Shown: positions 35,402 to 49,082 of the stretch, piece by piece | How the letters are laid out: each line of letters opens with the position of its first letter | Position numbering within the stretch: position 1 is the stretch's first letter | NCBI RefSeq assembly: GCF_963921235.1 | Contig: NC_086109.1 | Span: 2,046,001 to 2,110,000 of the forward strand | DNA: 64,000 nucleotides | Source of the DNA: Mobula hypostoma | Lineage: Eukaryota | Direction: 5' to 3' | Program-made: the position numbers and the translations under genes | Notes under the pieces: generated by a model | Seen by the model: only the letters and a program-made list of their open reading frames with translations | Databases searched by the model: none | What the model was told of the DNA's origin: nothing

Positions 35402-36846
35402 GTAACCCCACTTTTTAAAAAAGGAGGGAGAGAGAAACCGGGGAATTATAGGCCGGTTAGCCTAACGTCGGTGGTGGGGAAACTGCTGGAGTCAGTTATC
35501 AAGGATGTGATAACAGCACATTTGGAAAGCGGTGAAATGATTGGACAAAGTCAGCATGGATTTGTGAAAGGAAAATCATGTCTGACGAATCTCATAGAAT
35601 TTTTTGAGGATGTAACTAGTAGAGTGGATAGGGGAGAACCAGTGGATGTGGTATATTTGGATTTTCAAAAGGTTTTGACAAGGTCCCACACAGGAGATTA
35701 GTGTGCAAACTTAAAGCACACGGTATTGGGGGTAAGGTATTGGTGTGGGTGGAGAATTGGTTAGCAGACAGGAAGCAAAGAGTGGGAATAAACGGGACCT
35801 TTTCAGAATGGCAGGCGGTGACTAGTGGGGTACCGCAAGGCTCAGTGCTGGGACCCCAGTTGTTTACAATATATATTAATGACTTGGATGAGGGAATTAA
35901 ATGCAGCATCTCCAAGTTTGCGGATGACACGAAGCTGGGTGGCAGTGTTAGCAGTGAGGAGGATGCTAAGAGGATGCAGGGTGACTTGGATAGGTTGGGT
36001 GAGTGGGCAAACTCATGGCAGATGCAATTTAATGTGGATAAATGTGAAGTTATCCACTTTGGTGGCAAAAATAGGAAAACAGATTATTATCTGAATGGTG
36101 GCCGATTAGGAAAAGGGGAGGTGCAACGAGACCTGGGTGTCATTATACACCAGTCATTGAAAGTGGGCATGCAGGTACAGCAGGCGGTGAAAAAGGCGAA
36201 CGGTATGCTGGCATTTATAGCGAGAGGATTCGAGTACAGGAGCAGGGAGGTACTACTGCAGTTGTACAAGGCCTTGGTGAGACCACACCTGGAGTATTGT
36301 GTGCAGTTTTGGTCCCCTAATCTGAGGAAAGACATCTTTGCCATAGAGGGAGTACAAAGAAGGTTCACCAGATTGATTCCTGGGATGGCAGGTCTTTCAT
36401 ATGAAGAAAGACTGGATGAACTGGGCTTGTACTCGTTGGAATTTAGAAGATTGAGAGGGGATCTGATTGAAACGTATAAGATCCTAAAGGGATTGGACAG
36501 GCTGGATGCGGGAAGATTGTTCCCGATGTTGGGGAGGTCCAGAACGAGGGGTCACAGTTTGAGGATAGAGGGGAAGCCTTTTAGGACTGAGATTAGGAAA
36601 AACTTCTTCACACAGAGAGTGGTGAATCTGTGGAATTCTCTGCCACAGCAAACTGTTGAGGCCAGTTCATTAGCTATGTTTAAAAGGAAGTTAGATATGG
36701 CCCTTGTGGCTACAGGGGTCAGGGGGTATGGAGGGAAGGCTGGGTTCTGAGTTGGATGATCAGCCATGATCATAATAAATGGCGGTGCAGGCTCGAAGGG
36801 CTGAATGGCCTACTCCTGCACCTATTTTCTATGTTTCTATGTTTCT
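35402..36846 (+). mobile_element. Young CR1 (HER1-like) copy 1, 5'-truncated, 3' tail intact
   Basis: RT ORFs 35378-35701 and 35701-36750 (SKFADDTKLGG); (tttctatg)n tail; near-identical to three other copies in the window. Confidence 0.95.
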
Positions 36847-37899
36847 AATATACATCCTGAAACACTTTTTCTTTGGAACCATCCACAAAAGCACAGCAAT
36901 GCCCCAAAGAATGAATGACGGTTAAATGTTGGAACCCCAAAGCCTCCCCCCAGCTCCCCCTCCCGTGTGTACGCCACAGCAAAGCATCTCCTGATGAAAT
37001 AAAGCCGCCGTCATGCCTTCTTTGTAATTGCATCAATATTTTGGGCCTCAGAGAGGTTGCCGCTCAGGAACCTGAAACTGCTCACTCTTCCCACTGCTAA
37101 TCCCTCGATGAGAATGGTATGTGTTCCCCTTTCTGAATTCCACTATCAAGTCCTTGGTCTTATTGAAGTGGAGTGCGAGGTTATTTCTGTGACACCACTC
37201 AACCTGCGGATGTCTTGCTCCTGTACACCTCCTCGTCACCATCTGAAATTTACCTACAATAGCTGTGTTGTCGGCAAATTTATAGATGTCGTTTGAGTTG
37301 TGCCTACCCACAGAGTCATGGCGGGTAGTGTAATGGCTAAGCACACATGCTTGCGGTGCAGCAGGGTTGATTATCTGCAAGGTTTAGGTGCTCAACACTT
37401 CCCCGGAGCCAGCTCGGCCTTGGACCACCTGATGAAGATTGGACAGGGTAGGAGAACATAGGAACAGCATAAATAGGAACTGCAGTAGACCAGCTGGCCT
37501 GTGGAGCTTGCTCCACCATTCAATAAGATGATGGCTGATCTGGCCATGGACTCCTCTCCACCTACCTGCCTTTTCCCCAAAACCTTTAATTCCCCTACTA
37601 TCCAAAAATGTCTTCAGCCTTGTCTTAAGTATATTTACTGAGGCAGCCCCCACTGCTTCATTGGGCAGAGAATTCCACAGATTCACCACCTTCTGGGAAA
37701 AGCAGTTCCTCCTGAACTCCATCCTAAATCTACTTCCCCCCGCCCGGAACCTTGAGGCTATATTCCCTAGTTCTAGTCTCACCTACCAGTGAAAACAACT
37801 TTCTGGCCTCTAAGCTTACCTACCCCTTTCATAATTCTGTATGTTTCTATAAGATCTCCTCTCATTCTTCTGAATTCCAGCGAGTACAGTCCCAGGCGG

Positions 37900-39165
37900 C
37901 CTAATCTCAACAGCTCAGCAGGCGATTGAATTTCGGACCTTGGCCCAAGGGAGAGGCTGGAACGGGAAGGCCTTGACCACGCTGTACCGACACGGACTCC
38001 GAGATGAACTGATGGATGCCCTCGCCGTGGGAGAACCAGTCCAGGACTTAGAGATTCGAATCGAGCAATTCAATCGTCTGGCAGAGCGTAAGTGGGAGAA
38101 CATCAGCAGTTCGAGGAGGGCGAGCTCAAGCCCGGACTCAATGCATCGTTGTTCCATCCCCCGATCTCGGAGCGTTACCAGCCCGTCTCCTGCTCAGGAT
38201 CCAGTCCAGCTCATCCAAATCGGCCGCATAATAATCTCCGCCGAAGAGACGTTCCGGTGATGGAGTCAAGACTGCTGCCATTACTGAGGGGAAGCAGATC
38301 GCTTGCGGGCCGAATGTCGGAGACTGCAGCTGTTAGAAGAGCTGTTCAGACCGCCCAATGTCGGGAGGACGGGGGCAGTACCAGCCACTATCTGCCAACT
38401 CACCGATTTTGGAGTCACGCTGACGGCTGAGATCTCCTGGGGTATGAACCAACGAGAGGTGAATGTTTTATTTTGGACTCTGGAGCAGCAGAAAATTTCC
38501 TGGACTTGGGCATAGCCCATCGGCTCAGCGTACAGCTGCTTGTGTTGAGTCAGCCCATGATCGCAACTGTCTTGGATGACAGCCGCTTCGTTCCGGGCAG
38601 ATCCGGCAGATCGGCAGCAGACTTGCAGATGGTCTTGCGGATGAAGATAGCGGATCATGCGGAGGACATTAGTTTCTCTATCATTGAGATCTCTAGTTCA
38701 GGAGCAAACAATGAGTTGCCCAAGCAGTATGGAACTCTATCGGTTAAGCCAAAGGCCTCCAGTTGCCAGGTCCCGTCTAAGGGGAAGGCTTCAAAACGGA
38801 GACCCTTGGAGCCCAGTCCCAGGAGCGCAAGGACCATTTGTCGCGCCTCGCTGCCGATGTCTGAGGAGATGGAAGAGGATTTAGAAGGTGCTTTGGCCGC
38901 TATTTTCACTAGAGACTTGTGAACCTATGGGTGAAACCCTGGGGTCTGGCAAATCACCCTCAAAGAGTCTCAGGAGTCACCTTCGGAGGAAGGTTCGAGG
39001 GTAATTGCAGCTCCCAAACTGGCAGAAATCCCTTTGGGCTACAAGGATTTGGCAGAGGTCTTCATTAAGGGAAAGGCCTCAATTCTTCCACTGCTGCCAG
39101 CCTACCACTGTGCTACAGATCTACTGCCTGGTACTTGTCCTTCGCGGGGCCGATTATCTCTCCCC
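37900..39165 (+). mobile_element. Ty3/Gypsy (sushi-like) gag-protease-pol relic without LTRs
   Basis: AIEFRTLAQGRGWNGKALTTLYRHGL; broken CCHC; DSGAAENFLD; YKDLAEVFIKGKASILP..AYHCATDLLPG. Confidence 0.85.
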
Positions 39166-39426
39166 TCCCCTCCTCCTCCCAGCGCTCACAGCCTCTCCCT
39201 CCCTGCTCCCTCAGCCCCTCCTCCCTCTCCATTCCCACTGCCCCTTCCCTCCTCCTCCCTATCACCATATGTATCCCTTCTTGATGCCTTTCCGCAGATT
39301 ATACGGTGAAGATGTATATACAGCACAAGGCACACAACGATCAGACTGAGTGTCACAACGGCAATTGTACAGCCAGTGTGTGACAATACGTAATCTGTTT
39401 CTGGGGGTGTGGGGAGACACCGACCG

Positions 39427-39563
39427 TCAGATGTACACGTTCCGGAATTCTTTCCCTTGTATTTGTCCCAGCTTTTGCGAATATAGAATATATAGGAAAG
39501 GGAACACACTGAGTATCCCGATGGCAATCATCCAAAGCTTGGGTGATGATTTCTGATCTGGAT
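39427..39563 (-). CDS. Candidate transmembrane exon of an unidentified gene
   Basis: Acceptor tcgtttctcctcctcag; phase 1 frame gives (D)PDQKSSPKLWMIAIGILSVFPFLYILYSQKLGQIQGKEFRNVYI*. No partner exons identified. Confidence 0.45.
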
Positions 39564-41715
39564 CTGAGGAGGAGAAACGATTCTGTGATTAATCCCATCC
39601 TCATACACCCAGTGACAAGGAATCGATGGATCCACTCCCTCTCACCACAGGCCAGATAAAACTCCCCATCATGAAGGGGGAGGGGGATGGAGAGAAAGGA
39701 TTACAGAATTAATCCCATTCCCACACTCCCAGTTCCAATCATCCTCACATCACTCCCCTTAAATCACTGCCAACAATGTCACCAACTGTATCTCCACTGA
39801 TGTTAAACAAGTTCCTTCACACTGTCACTTGGTAACCACACTCCCACAGTGCCCTGTATCGCTGACTGTATCTCAATTGATGTTAATCCAACTCCCTCAC
39901 ACCTTCCCACAGAAACCCCTCTCCATCACCCTGTATCCCTGACTCTATCCCCAATTAAAGTTCAAAGTACAAAGTACAGTTTATCAAAATGTGCATACAT
40001 TATAGAACCTCCAGATTCATCTCCTGACAGGCAGCCACGAGACAAAGAAACACAAAAACAAACACACCGATATGAAAAAAGACCGTCGAATACTCAATGT
40101 GCAATAGAAACAATCCATCATGTAAACAGTAACTGCAAGCCAGTCGTGTTTCTGAACTGAGGTCTGCAAGAGAGTCCCATACTTTAGTGTAGAGCTATGT
40201 AAACATTGTGGAGCAGCGATCTTAATCAGCCCGAACCTCACCTCGGTCCCCGTCACCCAGACCTTTCTGACACCCTGACGTTTCCAATCTGGCTCGGAGC
40301 GTAACTCTCCATCCCAACATCGGGTTCTGCTGCTTTGAGCAGCGATCTGAGGCAGCCCAAGCCTTGCCTCCGGCCTCAACAACCTGACCTTTTCTATCTG
40401 GCCCTGTGGTTAAATCTCCATCCGAACAACAGGCTCTGCTGTTTGGATACGCTGGACTTCGCCACTTCAATTCTCCTGTAAATCTCCATCCAAAGATCAT
40501 GCTTAGTTGTGTCTGGTGCCTGACCCCACGGCATTGATTTGGTCTGTAAATCTCCGTCCGCAGATCGTGCTCAGTCATGTCTGGTGCCTGGACCACGCAG
40601 TTTCGATTCGGCCCGTGCCTGATCTTTCTTGATTTCCCACGCTGTCGGCAACGGGTCCACCGCCTCGCCTCGCCTCGGCTCCGCCGCATCGAATTGCCTC
40701 CAACCCCAAAGGGAAGTTACAGACGATTGTGATGATCGTTTGCCAGAAGTGTGGTTAACAAAGTATTTAGTTGCTGTCCTTGTTTTGTTAGCTGCCAGCC
40801 AGAGATCACAGAGGTTCAGCAGCACCATCTTAACCGGAAGAAGTTACGAGTAAAACACAGAATCCTTGTTCATTCCGCGCTGTTCCACACACTCCTGAGA
40901 TCGGACACAGAGAGGAGCTGTCTTGTTGAGCTGGGATTATGAGAGGAAAAGTCGAAAAGAACAGCTGAAGGCAAAACTGGAAAATGGGGCAGAGGAAATT
41001 TTGAGGGTTAATGAAAATGTGTGACCGCTGAATGTTCTGGTAGAAAAAGGAAAGGTAAGTCGCATCCGGAGTTTCTCCGGTTAGCGAACGACTTCCCTCC
41101 ACGCCTCTCTGAGGTAGTGCGGAACCGCGTACGAGGCAAGTTACAGCAGTGGTTTGCCACTGCCTTCTGCCGGGTGAGTTTCCAAAGAGATCACCAGCTC
41201 GTAGCCCAGCACGGATGGAAAGCGTGCAGCGGAGCCGGCTGGAGCTGGGTCCCCAAGTCCGACGCTGCTGCCACTACGTCACCAGCTGGGTCGTGCTGGT
41301 AGAAGGGAACAGAAAATGTGGAAAAGATAAAAGGGAGTGTGGAAAACCAATTATTATTAAAACATAACAGCAAGACGCGAGCAAATTGCTAACCACCCTC
41401 CTCCAGCCGCAGGGCTTGTTGTGAAAAGGTACTTTTATTCAGTCCTATTTACGGTAGTTTTATACCGTATTCAAATTACGGTATTGCTTTGCACTGTTGT
41501 AACTACATGTTATAATTATCTGGTTTTTGTCAGTTTTAGTCTTGGTCTGCCTTGTGTTTCTGTGATATCATACTGGAGGAACATTGTATCGTTTCTTAAT
41601 GCATGCATTTCTAAATGACAATGAACGAGGACTGAGTGTCCGCATAATCTAATCTAATCTAATTTAATCGCTCCTGAGAACAGTGCCTCAGAAGTGATGC
41701 CTGAGTGGTCCTAAA

Positions 41716-42240
41716 ATGAAAATACCAGTAAATGACACCACAATGCAGAAAATCGAAAAGTACAAGAAGACAAAGAAATTGCTGGGTGACCGCTGGTTCC
41801 CCCTGGGATCACCCGCAAATAAGGTTTTGTTGGAAACAGTGGACAGCAGGGACTCGGTTACATTTTCCAGTGATTTGTACGATTGGAATTAGGGGGATTG
41901 GCTTTATGGAGGTTCTTTTGACCAGAAAAAGATAAAATACTGGAAGGAGACGACTGATTCAGGTAGCGGAGATCCTACATGGTACCTCGATTATGTGATG
42001 TGGTGTTTTAATAAATGGGAGCAAGTGGCCAAACAGCACCAACAACCTAAGAAAAAACGTAAGAAAGAAACTACTTCTAACAAAAAACCCAGGACACCGA
42101 CGGCCGCGCCTCCAGGACCCGCCAACAGTCTGCACCCACAGTTACCGGCTGCTTCTGCTCCTCCCCCTCCTCCGTGTGATCCACCTCAGGACCTCTCAGG
42201 TCATTGAAGTAGCTGCAACCACCCACCTATTCTGCGTTCT
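41716..42240 (+). pseudogene. Endogenous retrovirus gag relic, matrix and proline-rich region
   Basis: One frame with a single TAG (41890): ...LYDWN*GDWLYGGSFDQKKIKYW...WCFNKW...ASAPPPPPC; PPTY in an adjacent frame; candidate leader splice donors AG|GTAAGT (~41055) and GG|GTGAGT (~41173). Confidence 0.6.
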
Positions 42241-42244
42241 GCGT

Positions 42245-44156
42245 CCAACATCGGGAACAATCTTCCTGCATCTAGCCTGTCCAATCCCTTTAGGATCTTA
42301 TACGTTTCAATCAGATCCCCACTCAATCTTCTAAATTCCAACGAGTACAAGCCCAGTTCATCCAGTCTTTCTTCATATGAAAGTCCTGCCATCCCAGGAA
42401 TCAATCTGGTGAACCTTCTTTGTACTCCCTCTATGGCAAGGATGTCTTTCCTCAGATTAGGGGACCAAAACTGCACACAATACTCCAGGTGTGGTCTCAC
42501 CAAGGCCTTGTACAACTGCAGTAGTACCTCCCTGCTCCTGTACTCGAATCATCTCGCTATAAATGCCAGCATACCGTTCGCCTTTTTCACCGCCTGCTGT
42601 ACCTGCATGCCCACTTTCAATGACTGGTGTATAATGACACCCAGGTCTCGTTGCACCTCCCCTTTTCCTAATCGGCCACCATTCAGATAATAATCTGTTT
42701 TCCTATTTTTGCCACCAAAGTGGATAACTTCACATTTATCCACATTAAATTGCATCTGCCATGAATTTGCCCACTCACCCAACCTATCCAAGTCACCCTG
42801 CATCCTCTTAGCATCCTCCTCACAGCTAACACTGCCACCAAGGTTCGTGTCATCCGCAAATTTGGAGATGCAGCATTTAATTCCCTCATCCAAGTCATAA
42901 TATATATTGTAAACAACTGGGGTCCCAGCACTGAGCCTTGCGGTACCCCACTAGTCACCGCCTGCCATTCTGAAAAGGTCCCGTTTATTCCCACTCTTTG
43001 CTTCCTGTCTGCTAACCAATTCTCCACCCACACCAATTCCTTACCCCCAACACCGTGAGCTTTAAGTTTGCACACTAATCTCCTGTGTGGGACCTTGTCA
43101 AAAGCCTTTTGAAAATCCAAATATACCACATCCACTGGTTCTCCCCTATCCACTCTACTAGTTACATCCTCAAAAAATTCTATGAGATTCGTCAGACCTG
43201 ATTTTCCTTTCACAAATCCATGCTGACTTTGCCCGATGATTTCACCACTTTCCAAATGTGCTGTTATCACATCTTTGATAACTGACTCCAGCAGTTTCCC
43301 CACCACCGACGTTAGGCTAATCGGTCTATAATTCCCCGGTTTCTCTCTCCCTCCTTTTTTAAAAAGTGGGGTTACATTAGCCACCCTCCAATCCTCAGGA
43401 ACTAGTCCAGAATCTAACGAGTTTTGAAAAATTATCACTAATGCATCCACTATTTCTTGGGCTACTTCCTTAAGCACTCTGGGATGTAGACCATCTGGCC
43501 CTGGGGATTTATCTGCCTTCAATCCCTTCAATTTACCTAACACCACTTCCCTACTAACATGTATTTCGCTCAGTTCCTCCATCTCACGGGACCCTCTGTC
43601 CCCTACTATTTCTGGAAGATTATTTATGTCCTCCTTAGTGAAGACAGAACCAAAGTAATTATTCAATTGGTCTGCCATGTCCTTGCTCCCCATAATCAAT
43701 TCACCTGTTTCTGTCTGCAGGGGACCTACATTTGTCTTTACCAGTCTTTTCCTTTTTACATATCTATAAAAGTTTTTACAGTCCGTTTTTATGTTCCCTG
43801 CCAGTTTTCTCTCATAATCTTTTTTCGCCTTCCTAATTAAGCCCTTTGTCCTCCTCTGCTGAACCCTGAATTTCTCCCAGTCCTCAGGTGAGCCACTTTC
43901 TCCTGGCTAATTTGTATGCTTCTTCTTTGGAATTGATACTATCCCTAATTTCTCTTGTCAGCCACGGGTGCACTACCTTACTTGATTTATTCTTTTGCCA
44001 AATTTGGATGAACAATTGTTGTAGTTCATCCATGCAACCTTTAAATGCTTGCCATTGCATATCCACCGTCAATCCTTTAAGTGTCATTTGCCAGTCTATC
44101 TTAGCTAATTCACGTCTCATACCTTCAAAGTTACCCCTCTTTAAGTTCAGAACCTT
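42245..44156 (-). mobile_element. Young CR1 copy 2, truncated at both ends
   Basis: ORFs 43884-44267, 42683-43699 and 42201-42515; stops at ccgatgttgg with no 3' tail. Confidence 0.95.
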
Positions 44157-44158
44157 TG

Positions 44159-44335
44159 AATATCGGTCCATTTCCCCGAACAATGGTGGGAGAAACCCCA
44201 ATTCTAAAGCCCTGGACCTCAGCTGAGGTACGGAATATGGTTTGTGCTGACTCTGACCCGCTAACAAAACCAGTGACGTTCCATAATTGGCTCACACGGT
44301 CTTGCCAAATTTTCCAGCCCCCGGCAATCCTTTGA
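44159..44335 (+). pseudogene. Endogenous retrovirus gag relic, start of capsid
   Basis: NIGPFPRTMVGETPILKPWTSAEVRNMVCADSDPLTKPVTFHNWLTRSCQIFQP fits the class I/epsilon-like capsid N-terminal pattern PW(T/S)xxE....DP..P..F..L....Y/FxP. Confidence 0.6.
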
Positions 44336-45372
44336 TATCTGTCTCGGAAGCTGATGTCAGAACATCTTTGCTGTACCTGGTAGGGCACCCAAAATCTGTG
44401 TCAACCAACAGGTGGGAGTGTCAAGGACATCTTCAATCTCTCACTGCTGTAATCAGAGGTATCCAACCGCTTCAAAAAGGCCTCATTCATACTGGTGCCC
44501 AAGAATAAAAGAGTGAACCGCCTCAACGACCATCACCCACTTTCACTCGCATCTACTCTGGTGAATAGCTTGGAATGGTTAATGATGACTAGAATTGACT
44601 CCTGCCTCAGCAAAGACCTGGTCCTGCTGCAATTTGCCCACACATGTATAGAAGATGCTATCTCACTGGCTCTCCATTCAGGATTGGACCACCTGGACGT
44701 CAGTGATACCCATGCCAGGTTGTCTATTGATTAGAGGGAGAGGATTACTGATCACCTGGAAAAGCGTGGACTGATCAGAAATAACCAATAGACCTTTGTC
44801 AGGTTTAAGATTTGCCCTGCACAATCAAATAGATCATTTGGAGAAGGCAATAAAGTATTGATCGTGTCACTGCATTCTGCAAAAAGCAGTGTGATCCATC
44901 TTGACCAGGACAACTTGCATATTGTATATAATCATTGCTTCAAAATAAGAGGAGGATCCAGGTTTTCGTGATTGGTTGCCAGTAATCAGTATTACTACAT
45001 GCAGACTTTATCATTTGCAATGATTTGGATGTGGATGTAGGGGTAAAATCAGTAAATTCGGAGATATCGTGAAGGGTGTTGGAGTTGTTGATTGCGACGT
45101 GGAAGGGGCTCTTGTGTTACAGCCTGATCTTTGGGGAAATGGAATGAGAAATGGGTGATAGGATTAGAAGAAGACACTTTGCATTTTGGAATATTACAGA
45201 GGTTAGAGAAGATATTTTTAATTGTAGGGTTTTAGGAAATTGTAGGAAAGACGAGGACAATGCGTGCAAGTGCAAAGATTCTTGGAGGTGTTTGCTCAGG
45301 TAGACACATTGTTAAAGTAGCCAATCGGTTGTTAAATGTTAGAACAAAATGGTTATGCACTAAATTTATCAA

Positions 45373-46013
45373 TGTAATGTCCTGGTTAAGATCTCTACTG
45401 TTATGCACAGGTATTTCATTTTAGCGGTTTTCTGCAAAAGCAGTGTTTCTTGCAGGTGGAATGTTTAGATTTCTGCTAAAGATAAGATGCCATGGTGTTC
45501 AACTTAGGAATGTTCTGTCAGCCGATCAGGATGGTGGGATCTGCAGAGGTTCTGGACAGGCTGGGTCGGAGAGAGATTTGTGACTGACAGTAGTCTGGTT
45601 TAGGGTCTTTTGGCTGAAGCTGCGGAGCGGGAGAGAAGAGGAGATTCCAAAGAATTCCGAGGGCAGGAGTGTACTCTTTGTAAGAGGTGCTTTGTGCAGA
45701 TGAAGGGCTCAAAGGAGAAGGGCCAAGGAGAGAGAGCTAGTTTGTTCGAGATGGTCTTCGAAAGAAATTCGGAATGTAGTGGGTGCTTCCAGGCAGAACG
45801 TAGGTTCGGTGCCGAGAGAAATCGTTATGCCCAGCTTTGGAAGAGACGAGCTCCAATGGTAATGTGCACATTTAGACTGGTCTAACTATAATGGGACCCT
45901 TTACTTTTTTTTTCTTTGTTTCCTTTCTTTTAAATATTGTTTGATAAAGTTGAAATTAGTAAATGTACTTCCTTTATAATTTCATTCATTGTACGGTCTG
46001 TTATTTCTTCACA
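45373..46013. mobile_element. Possible solo LTR
   Basis: TGTAAT...TTCACA termini and LTR-like composition, interrupting CR1 debris; no TSD found. Confidence 0.35.
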
Positions 46014-46500
46014 GCCTATATTTGTTTATGGATGAGTCGCCCCTGATTGACCCTGTCAATCGCCACATATCCACAGTTCTTCCTTCACCAATCACCCTCG
46101 TCACCTCCTTAGAAAACACAATCAGATTAGAGAGACACGATTTCTCCCGTACAGAGACATACCGGCTACATCTCATCAGTCTATGGTTTTCCGAATTGTC
46201 ATAAATCCTGTCTATAAAAACCTTCTCCAGCAAGTTTCCTACCACTATCATGAGGGTCAAGGATCTATCCTTTCCACGTTTAGCTAATGTTTATCCATGG
46301 CTCCATTCTTGAATAATGGAGCAATATTAGCTACTCACTAGTCCTCTGATTCTTCCACCACCTTGTACATGTTGATCTGTCATCTCCCATGGTGTCATCA
46401 ACTCCACGTGTCAACTGTGTGATTTGCTGAAAAGGCAACATAGTTGACAGAATTTAGTTGCCATAACAGGGGTTCAATTTGTATCTGACTTAATATGTTG

Positions 46501-48550
46501 TCTTTTCTTTTCAAATCTTTTTATATATTATACAGAAATAATAACATGAGTACATTGAAGTAACAACACTTACAATGTCTCAACAAAGACATTATCTTAA
46601 AGATTGAAAAAACATTTTGTGATAACAAAAATAGCATACTAAGCAGAATAGTGAGAGAAAAAGAGAACCCATTAGCTGTATAATCCCGCAGTTATGCGTC
46701 ATACAAAAAGCTTCTAAAAATAAACATCACACCGCCAGCAAGAAAAGAAAATATACTAAAAAATTTACAATTAGATAGTGGAAAAATTATATCAATTAAC
46801 TCAAATGATAATAACGAGCAAATGAGCCCCATCTTTTCTCAAAATCAAATAAAGGTTCAAAGGTCCGACTTCTAATTTTCTCCACACTAAGACATAGCAT
46901 CACTTGAGAGAACCATTGTGACAAAGTGGGAGCTGATGTATCCTTCCACTTCAACAAAATGGCCCTCCTAGCTATCAATGTAACAAATGTAATAACATGC
47001 TGGTCAGACACAGAAATACCATGAATATTTTGAGGAATTATTCCAAAATGCACAGTTAATTTATTAGATTGTAGATTAATTTTAAGTGCTTCAGAAATTG
47101 TTGAAAAAAAACGACTTCCAGAACTGTTCCAATATAGAACAAGACCAAAACATGTGTCAGTGTAGCTATCTCAGTTTTACATCTATCACAATAACTATCA
47201 ACATTAGAAAAGATTTTAGAAAGTCTCTCCTTCGTCAAATGATAACGATGTACAATTTTAAATGGAATCAATGAATGGCTAGCACAAATTGAAGAAGAGT
47301 TAACCAACTTCAAAATCCGCATCCAATCCTCCGTCATAAAAGTCAAATTAACTTCCTTTTCCCAATCCTGTTTAATCTTAGATAAAGGACGCTTATCCCA
47401 TTGTAATAATAAATTATAAATTCTTCCAATAGAACCCTTGATCGAAGGTTTCATACTCATAATAGTATCTAACAGGTCAGCCTCCAATATGTAAGGAAAA
47501 TTACAACTATTTTTGTAAAAAATGTCTAACGAAGGTATTGCAGAAAGTGTGAGTATGAAAGAGAATATTTATCAATTAATTGTTCAAAAGACATCAATCT
47601 ATCTTCTTTAAATAAATCCAAAAAAGAATTAATACCTTTATTTCTCCAAAGTAAAAAAAAATTGGATCACTCAAAGAAGGCTTAAAAAGTAATTTCGATA
47701 AATTAATCCACAAAGTTTAAATTTTTTAAGATTAAAAAAATTGCGGAACTGGAGCCAAATTTGTAAAGAATACTTAATCCCAGGATATAGGTTTAAATTA
47801 ACAACTTTAACTAATTGCATAGGTAAAGCAGCTCCCAATAACGAGGTTAAATAAAACTGTTTGACAACTTTCATTTCCAGGTTTACCCAAACTGGCCGAT
47901 CACTCTTATCAACCCAGTATAACCAAAAAGACATGTATCGCATATTAACAGCCCAATAATACATTCTTAGATTAGGCAAAGCAAGACCTCCATCCTTTTT
48001 CAATCTCTGTAAGTGATATTTACTAATTCTTGGTCTTTTATTATTCCAAATAAAAGATAAAATAATAGAATCAATCCAATCAAAAAACTTCCTAGTCAAA
48101 AAATAACAGGAATATTCTCAAACAAATATAAAAATTTTGGTAAAATCATCATTTTAACTATATGAATAGAACCAACAAGTGAAAAGGTAAGTGGACTCCA
48201 TCTACTAAATAAATAGTTCATAGAGTCTACTAAAGGAACAAAATTGACTTTATAAAGATCCCCTTGATTAGAACCCCTTGCTATTGCTCTTCGTGAGGCT
48301 AAAAATATCCATGGGATTTTTGTGAATGAGACTATGCATAAGATCTCTCTTTATGCTTTATTCGTTTATGTATCTAACCCTGACGAATCTATTCCTGCCT
48401 TGCTAAAATTATTTAATGAATTGGGAGGTTTTTCAGGATATAAAATAAATTTTAGTAAAAGTGAATTGTTTCCTTTAAATGATTATATCTCTATATATGA
48501 TAATACTCCTTTTAAAGTCACAGACTCTTTTAGATATTTAGGTATTATAA
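46501..48550 (-). mobile_element. L1-clade LINE, 5'-truncated with a 5' inversion
   Basis: ORF2 C-terminus on the - strand (MILPKFLY, SFIWNNKRPRI, CDRC..ATLTH); RT segment 48262-48550 on the + strand; 15-bp TSD TGACTTAATATGTTG (46486-46500 / 48551-48565). Confidence 0.92.
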
Positions 48551-49082
48551 TGACTTAATATGTTGAAATTCAGCCCAACTCTCTTATTTGGGATGTGCCC
48601 CTTCCCTGAATCATTTATCAATCTTTTCCTGTTCAGGCAGTTGATGAAAAAAAACATCTGTATCTTTTCATACTCACTACCTTTACTACCTCACTACTGT
48701 TTATGTATATTTATTTTACAATACTTATTTACTTTAACTATTTAGTCATTGTAACCGACAGTTTTTTTCTCTATTATTGTCTATTGCATTGTACTGCTGC
48801 TGCAAAGACAACAAATTTTATGACATATGCTGTTGCTATTAAACCAGATTCTGCTTCAGATTCATAGCTTCAATCTCCACATCCCTGGTCTTTATTGGGG
48901 CAAGTCGTGACATGGCAGTTAAACCTTTTGATTCGTCGTTGTCATCCCAACCTGAGTCGCCAGGGCTCGCTGAGAGACAATGTTGTGTCCATCAGTAACT
49001 GCACGGAGTTTGGATGGTGGCGCCGTCTTGGAGGACTGTCCCATAGAGGGGTGTTTCCCAAGGAGCAGCGTCACTGGCAGCA

